Assembly (NCBI GenBank): GCA_964228515.1
Contig: CAXRBC010000053.1
Location: forward strand, 1-29,486
From: Ilumatobacteraceae bacterium
GTDB taxonomy: Bacteria > Actinomycetota > Acidimicrobiia > Acidimicrobiales > Ilumatobacteraceae
Reading direction: 5' to 3'
DNA: 29,486 nucleotides
Under the pieces are notes generated by a model, which had not been told where the DNA came from, did no database searches, and saw only the letters and a program-made list of their open reading frames with translations. This document shows, piece by piece, positions 27,029-29,486 of the stretch (position 1 is its first letter; every line of letters begins with the position of its first letter). A program made the position numbers and the translations under genes.

Positions 27029-28243
27029 GTGCACGCGCACGGACCGTGGTCGCCGCTCGCCGTGCGCGCATTTCGCGCACTGTGGATCGCGTCGCTCGTC
27101 TCCAACCTCGGCACGTTCATGCACGCCGCGGCCGCGGGCTGGACGATGACGACGCTCACGGACTCGGCGGCCCTCGTCGGGCTGGTGCAGACCGCGTGGG
27201 GGTCGCCGGGGTTCCTGCTCGCGCTGCCCGCGGGCGCGCTGGCCGACCTCGTGGACCGGCGGCGACTCATCGCGGCGAGCTCGGCCGTCGCGCTCGGCGT
27301 GGCCGCGGTGCTCGCGGCGCTCACGGGCTCGGGGCGCCTCGGGCCCGCCGTGCTGCTGGTCGGGACCTTCGTGCTGTCGTCGGCGCTCACCTGCGGCGCT
27401 CCGGCGTTCCTCGCCCTCACCCCCACGCTGGTCGATGCCGCGCGCCTCCCGCAGGCCATCGGCCTCGACGCGGTCTCGCGCAACGTCGCGCAGTCCGTCG
27501 GCCCCGCGATCGCCGGGGCGGTGATCGCAGCGTCGGGGCCGGGCGCGGTGTTCGCCGTCAACGCGACGACGTTCCTCGGCATCATCGTCGTCGCGCTGCG
27601 GCTGCCGCCGGCCGCCGCGGGCGTCGGGGGGCGCGGCGCGCCGTTCGTGCGTGCGATGGGGGAGGGCGTGCGACACGTGGTGCGCGAGCGCGAGCTGCGC
27701 CACCTCGCCCTGCGCATCGCGACGCTGCTGGCGTCCACCTCGTCGGTCGTCGCGCTGCTGCCGCTGGTGGCGCGCGAGCGCATCGGGCTCGAGGCGGGCG
27801 GCTTCGGCCTGCTCGCGGGGGCCCTCGGTTTCGGTGCCGTGGCGATCGTGCCGGCGCTGCCGCGCCTGCGCCGCCGCGTGCCGCTCGAGCGCCTCGCCCT
27901 GCTGGCCGCGGCCGCGTGGTGCACGTCGGTGGTGGCGCTCGCGTCGGCGACGGCGCTGGCCGCGGCCGCGGCGGCCGTGGCCGTCGGGGCGGCCGCGACG
28001 ATGGCGTCGCTCAACGGGCAGTTCTCGGCGTTCATCGTGCAGCTGCCCGACGCGCTGCGCGGCCGCGGCTCGTCGCTCGCGATGCTGGTGGTCTGGCTCG
28101 GCGCATCGGTCGGTGCGTCGATCTGGGGCGCGGCGGCCGGTGCCGCGGGCGTGCGCGGGGCCCTGCTCGCGGCGGCGGCGACCCACGGGGTCGCCGCATT
28201 GACCGCGCGCGTCGCGCTCCCCGTCGGGCGGGCGGGCAACTAA
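27029..28243 (+). CDS. MFS transporter (MFS_3/DUF894-like)
   Basis: FRALWIASLVSNLGTFM..GW, LALPAGALADLVDRRRL (MFS motif A), VGPAIAG; about 12 hydrophobic segments. Confidence 0.9.
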   Translation: MHAHGPWSPLAVRAFRALWIASLVSNLGTFMHAAAAGWTMTTLTDSAALVGLVQTAWGSPGFLLALPAGALADLVDRRRLIAASSAVALGVAAVLAALTGSGRLGPAVLLVGTFVLSSALTCGAPAFLALTPTLVDAARLPQAIGLDAVSRNVAQSVGPAIAGAVIAASGPGAVFAVNATTFLGIIVVALRLPPAAAGVGGRGAPFVRAMGEGVRHVVRERELRHLALRIATLLASTSSVVALLPLVARERIGLEAGGFGLLAGALGFGAVAIVPALPRLRRRVPLERLALLAAAAWCTSVVALASATALAAAAAAVAVGAAATMASLNGQFSAFIVQLPDALRGRGSSLAMLVVWLGASVGASIWGAAAGAAGVRGALLAAAATHGVAALTARVALPVGRAGN

Positions 28244-28254
28244 TCTCGCCGACG

Positions 28255-29142
28255 ATGCACGCCGAACAGTTGGCGCGGATGCGCTCCGGCAAGGGCTTCA
28301 TCGCCGCGCTCGACCAGAGCGGAGGGAGCACCCCGAAGGCGCTGAAGCTGTACGGGATCGGGGAGGGCGAGTACTCGGGCGAGGCCCAGATGTTCGATCT
28401 CATCCACGCGATGCGGTCGCGGATGGTCCGCAGCCGCGCCTTCGACGGTCGGCGCGTGCTCGGGGCGATCCTCTTCGAGGGCACGATGGACCGCGAGATC
28501 GACGGCGTCGGGTCGGCGGAGTACCTGTGGTCGCGCAAGCAGGTGGTGCCGTTCCTCAAGGTCGACAAGGGGCTCGCCGACCAGCGCGACGGCGTGCAGG
28601 TGATGAAGCCGATGCCGGAGCTCGACGCGCTGCTCGCGCGCGCGACGGCCAAGGGGATCTTCGGCACCAAGATGCGTTCGGTGATCGCGCTCGCCAACGA
28701 GGGCGGCGTGCGCGAGGTGGTGGCGCAGCAGTTCGAGATCGGGCGGAGGATCCTCGCCGCGGGACTCGTGCCGATCATCGAGCCCGAGGTCGACATCAAG
28801 AGCCCGGAGAAGGCCGACGCGGAGCGACTGCTCAAGGCCGCGCTGCTCGCCGAGCTCTCGGCGCAGCCGGCCGACCGACCGGTGATGCTCAAGCTGACGC
28901 TGCCGAGCACCGCGGGCTTCTACGACGAGCTCGTGGCGCACCCGAGCGTGCTGCGCGTCGTCGCGCTCTCGGGCGGCTACTCGCGCGAGGAGGCAAATCG
29001 CCGCCTCGCCGAGAACCGCGGCGTCATCGCGAGCTTCTCGCGCGCGCTGACCGAGGGGCTCTCGGCGCGGCAGAGCGACGAGGAGTTCGACGCCGCGCTC
29101 GACGCGGCGATCCAGTCGATCTACGACGCCTCGATCACCTGA
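28255..29142 (+). CDS. fda: Class I fructose-bisphosphate aldolase (bacterial Fda type)
   Basis: GKGFIAALDQSGGSTPKAL..YG, GAILFEGTM, VVPFLKVDKG, FGTKMRS, PIIEPEV, VMLKL, VALSGGY, ASFSRAL. Confidence 0.95.
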   Translation: MHAEQLARMRSGKGFIAALDQSGGSTPKALKLYGIGEGEYSGEAQMFDLIHAMRSRMVRSRAFDGRRVLGAILFEGTMDREIDGVGSAEYLWSRKQVVPFLKVDKGLADQRDGVQVMKPMPELDALLARATAKGIFGTKMRSVIALANEGGVREVVAQQFEIGRRILAAGLVPIIEPEVDIKSPEKADAERLLKAALLAELSAQPADRPVMLKLTLPSTAGFYDELVAHPSVLRVVALSGGYSREEANRRLAENRGVIASFSRALTEGLSARQSDEEFDAALDAAIQSIYDASIT

Positions 29143-29180
29143 GGCCCGCCGCGCCGTGGGCGCGCCCGGCGACTGATCGG

Positions 29181-29251
29181 AGCGGGCGGCGGGAATCGAA
29201 CCCGCGCAATCAGCTTGGAAGGCTGATGCACTACCACTATGCAACGCCCGC
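29181..29251 (-). tRNA. tRNA-Gly(TCC)
   Basis: Cloverleaf: acceptor GCGGGCG/CGCCCGC; D arm GCAT-AGTGGTA-GTGC; anticodon arm TCAGC-CT-TCC-AA-GCTGA; T arm GCGGG-TTCGATT-CCCGC; discriminator U; CCA not encoded. Confidence 0.97.
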
Positions 29252-29350
29252 GTGGCGACACCCAGCGTAGGGCGGGCGTCGCGCGAAGACGGGCGCCGCG
29301 GCGTTGCGCCGCACAGCGACGGGCGCGCGCAGCGCCCTTAGCCTGAACGC

Positions 29351-29486
29351 GTGACGACGGACATCCTCGACGTCGACCTGATCGCCTTCGAGCGCGGTGG
29401 CGCGGACCGGCGCCGGGCCGTCGTCGACGGCGTGATGCGCAGCCTCGCGACCGGCTTCGTCTACACGAGCCACGACCTCTCCGAGG
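29351..29486 (+). CDS. 2-oxoglutarate/Fe(II) oxygenase, isopenicillin-N-synthase family, N-terminal fragment (truncated by window)
   Basis: MTTDILDVDLIAFE..RAVVDGVMRSLATGFVYTSHDL resembles the DIOX_N pattern (IPxIDL..GFFYxxNH); TAGCCT 6 nt upstream of GTG. Only 45 codons visible. Confidence 0.6.
   Translation, partial: MTTDILDVDLIAFERGGADRRRAVVDGVMRSLATGFVYTSHDLSE

Noticed and set aside
29143-29180. Terminator between fda and the convergent tRNA
   Set aside because: Only a short GC stem (CGCGCC/GGCGCG) without a U-tract, which is expected by chance at this GC content.
29181-29251. tRNA as a UGA decoder (tRNA-Sec or Gly-UCA) or as the att site of an island
   Set aside because: Anticodon is TCC with a short variable loop, so an ordinary tRNA-Gly. 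No integrase and no duplicated tRNA 3' end in the window. Missing CCA is common in this group.

Overview
Very GC-rich (by eye >70%), actinobacterial-style DNA. About 30 tightly packed genes, most forming one quaternary-amine demethylation and C1-oxidation cluster. Left arm (mostly minus strand): a truncated MttB-family methyltransferase the ORF track misses (1-339), etfA/etfB, a dimethylglycine/sarcosine dehydrogenase-type flavo-folate enzyme with a divergent GntR, and a three-gene NAD-linked formate dehydrogenase. The FDH catalytic gene reads through an in-frame UGA (9734-9736) at the active-site position, followed by an E. coli fdhF-type SECIS hairpin, so it is very probably a selenoprotein and not two ORFs. 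Right arm (plus strand): fhs, folD, betA, a stand-alone corrinoid protein, DUF1638, a PF13769-like protein, a pterin-binding methyltransferase, a RACo/ASKHA corrinoid activator, a non-pyrrolysine MttB/MtgB, an atypical MetF, a FAD oxidoreductase and a homocysteine methyltransferase. These are followed by pfkB, a CaiB/BaiF CoA-transferase, EamA and MFS transporters, a class I aldolase, tRNA-Gly(TCC) and the start of a 2OG-Fe(II) oxygenase. Inferred pathway: choline to glycine betaine, B12-dependent demethylation as in acetogens, then methyl-THF oxidation to formate (ATP via Fhs) and CO2 (Sec-FDH), with a branch to methionine through a split methionine synthase. Further observations: Arg-rich tails on every corrinoid-partner enzyme versus acidic termini on the corrinoid protein and the PF13769 protein; TANNNT boxes 6-9 nt before at least 11 start codons (leaderless genes); and overlapping back-to-back -10 boxes in 23-40 bp spacers. 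All family calls come from motif recognition; no searches were run.
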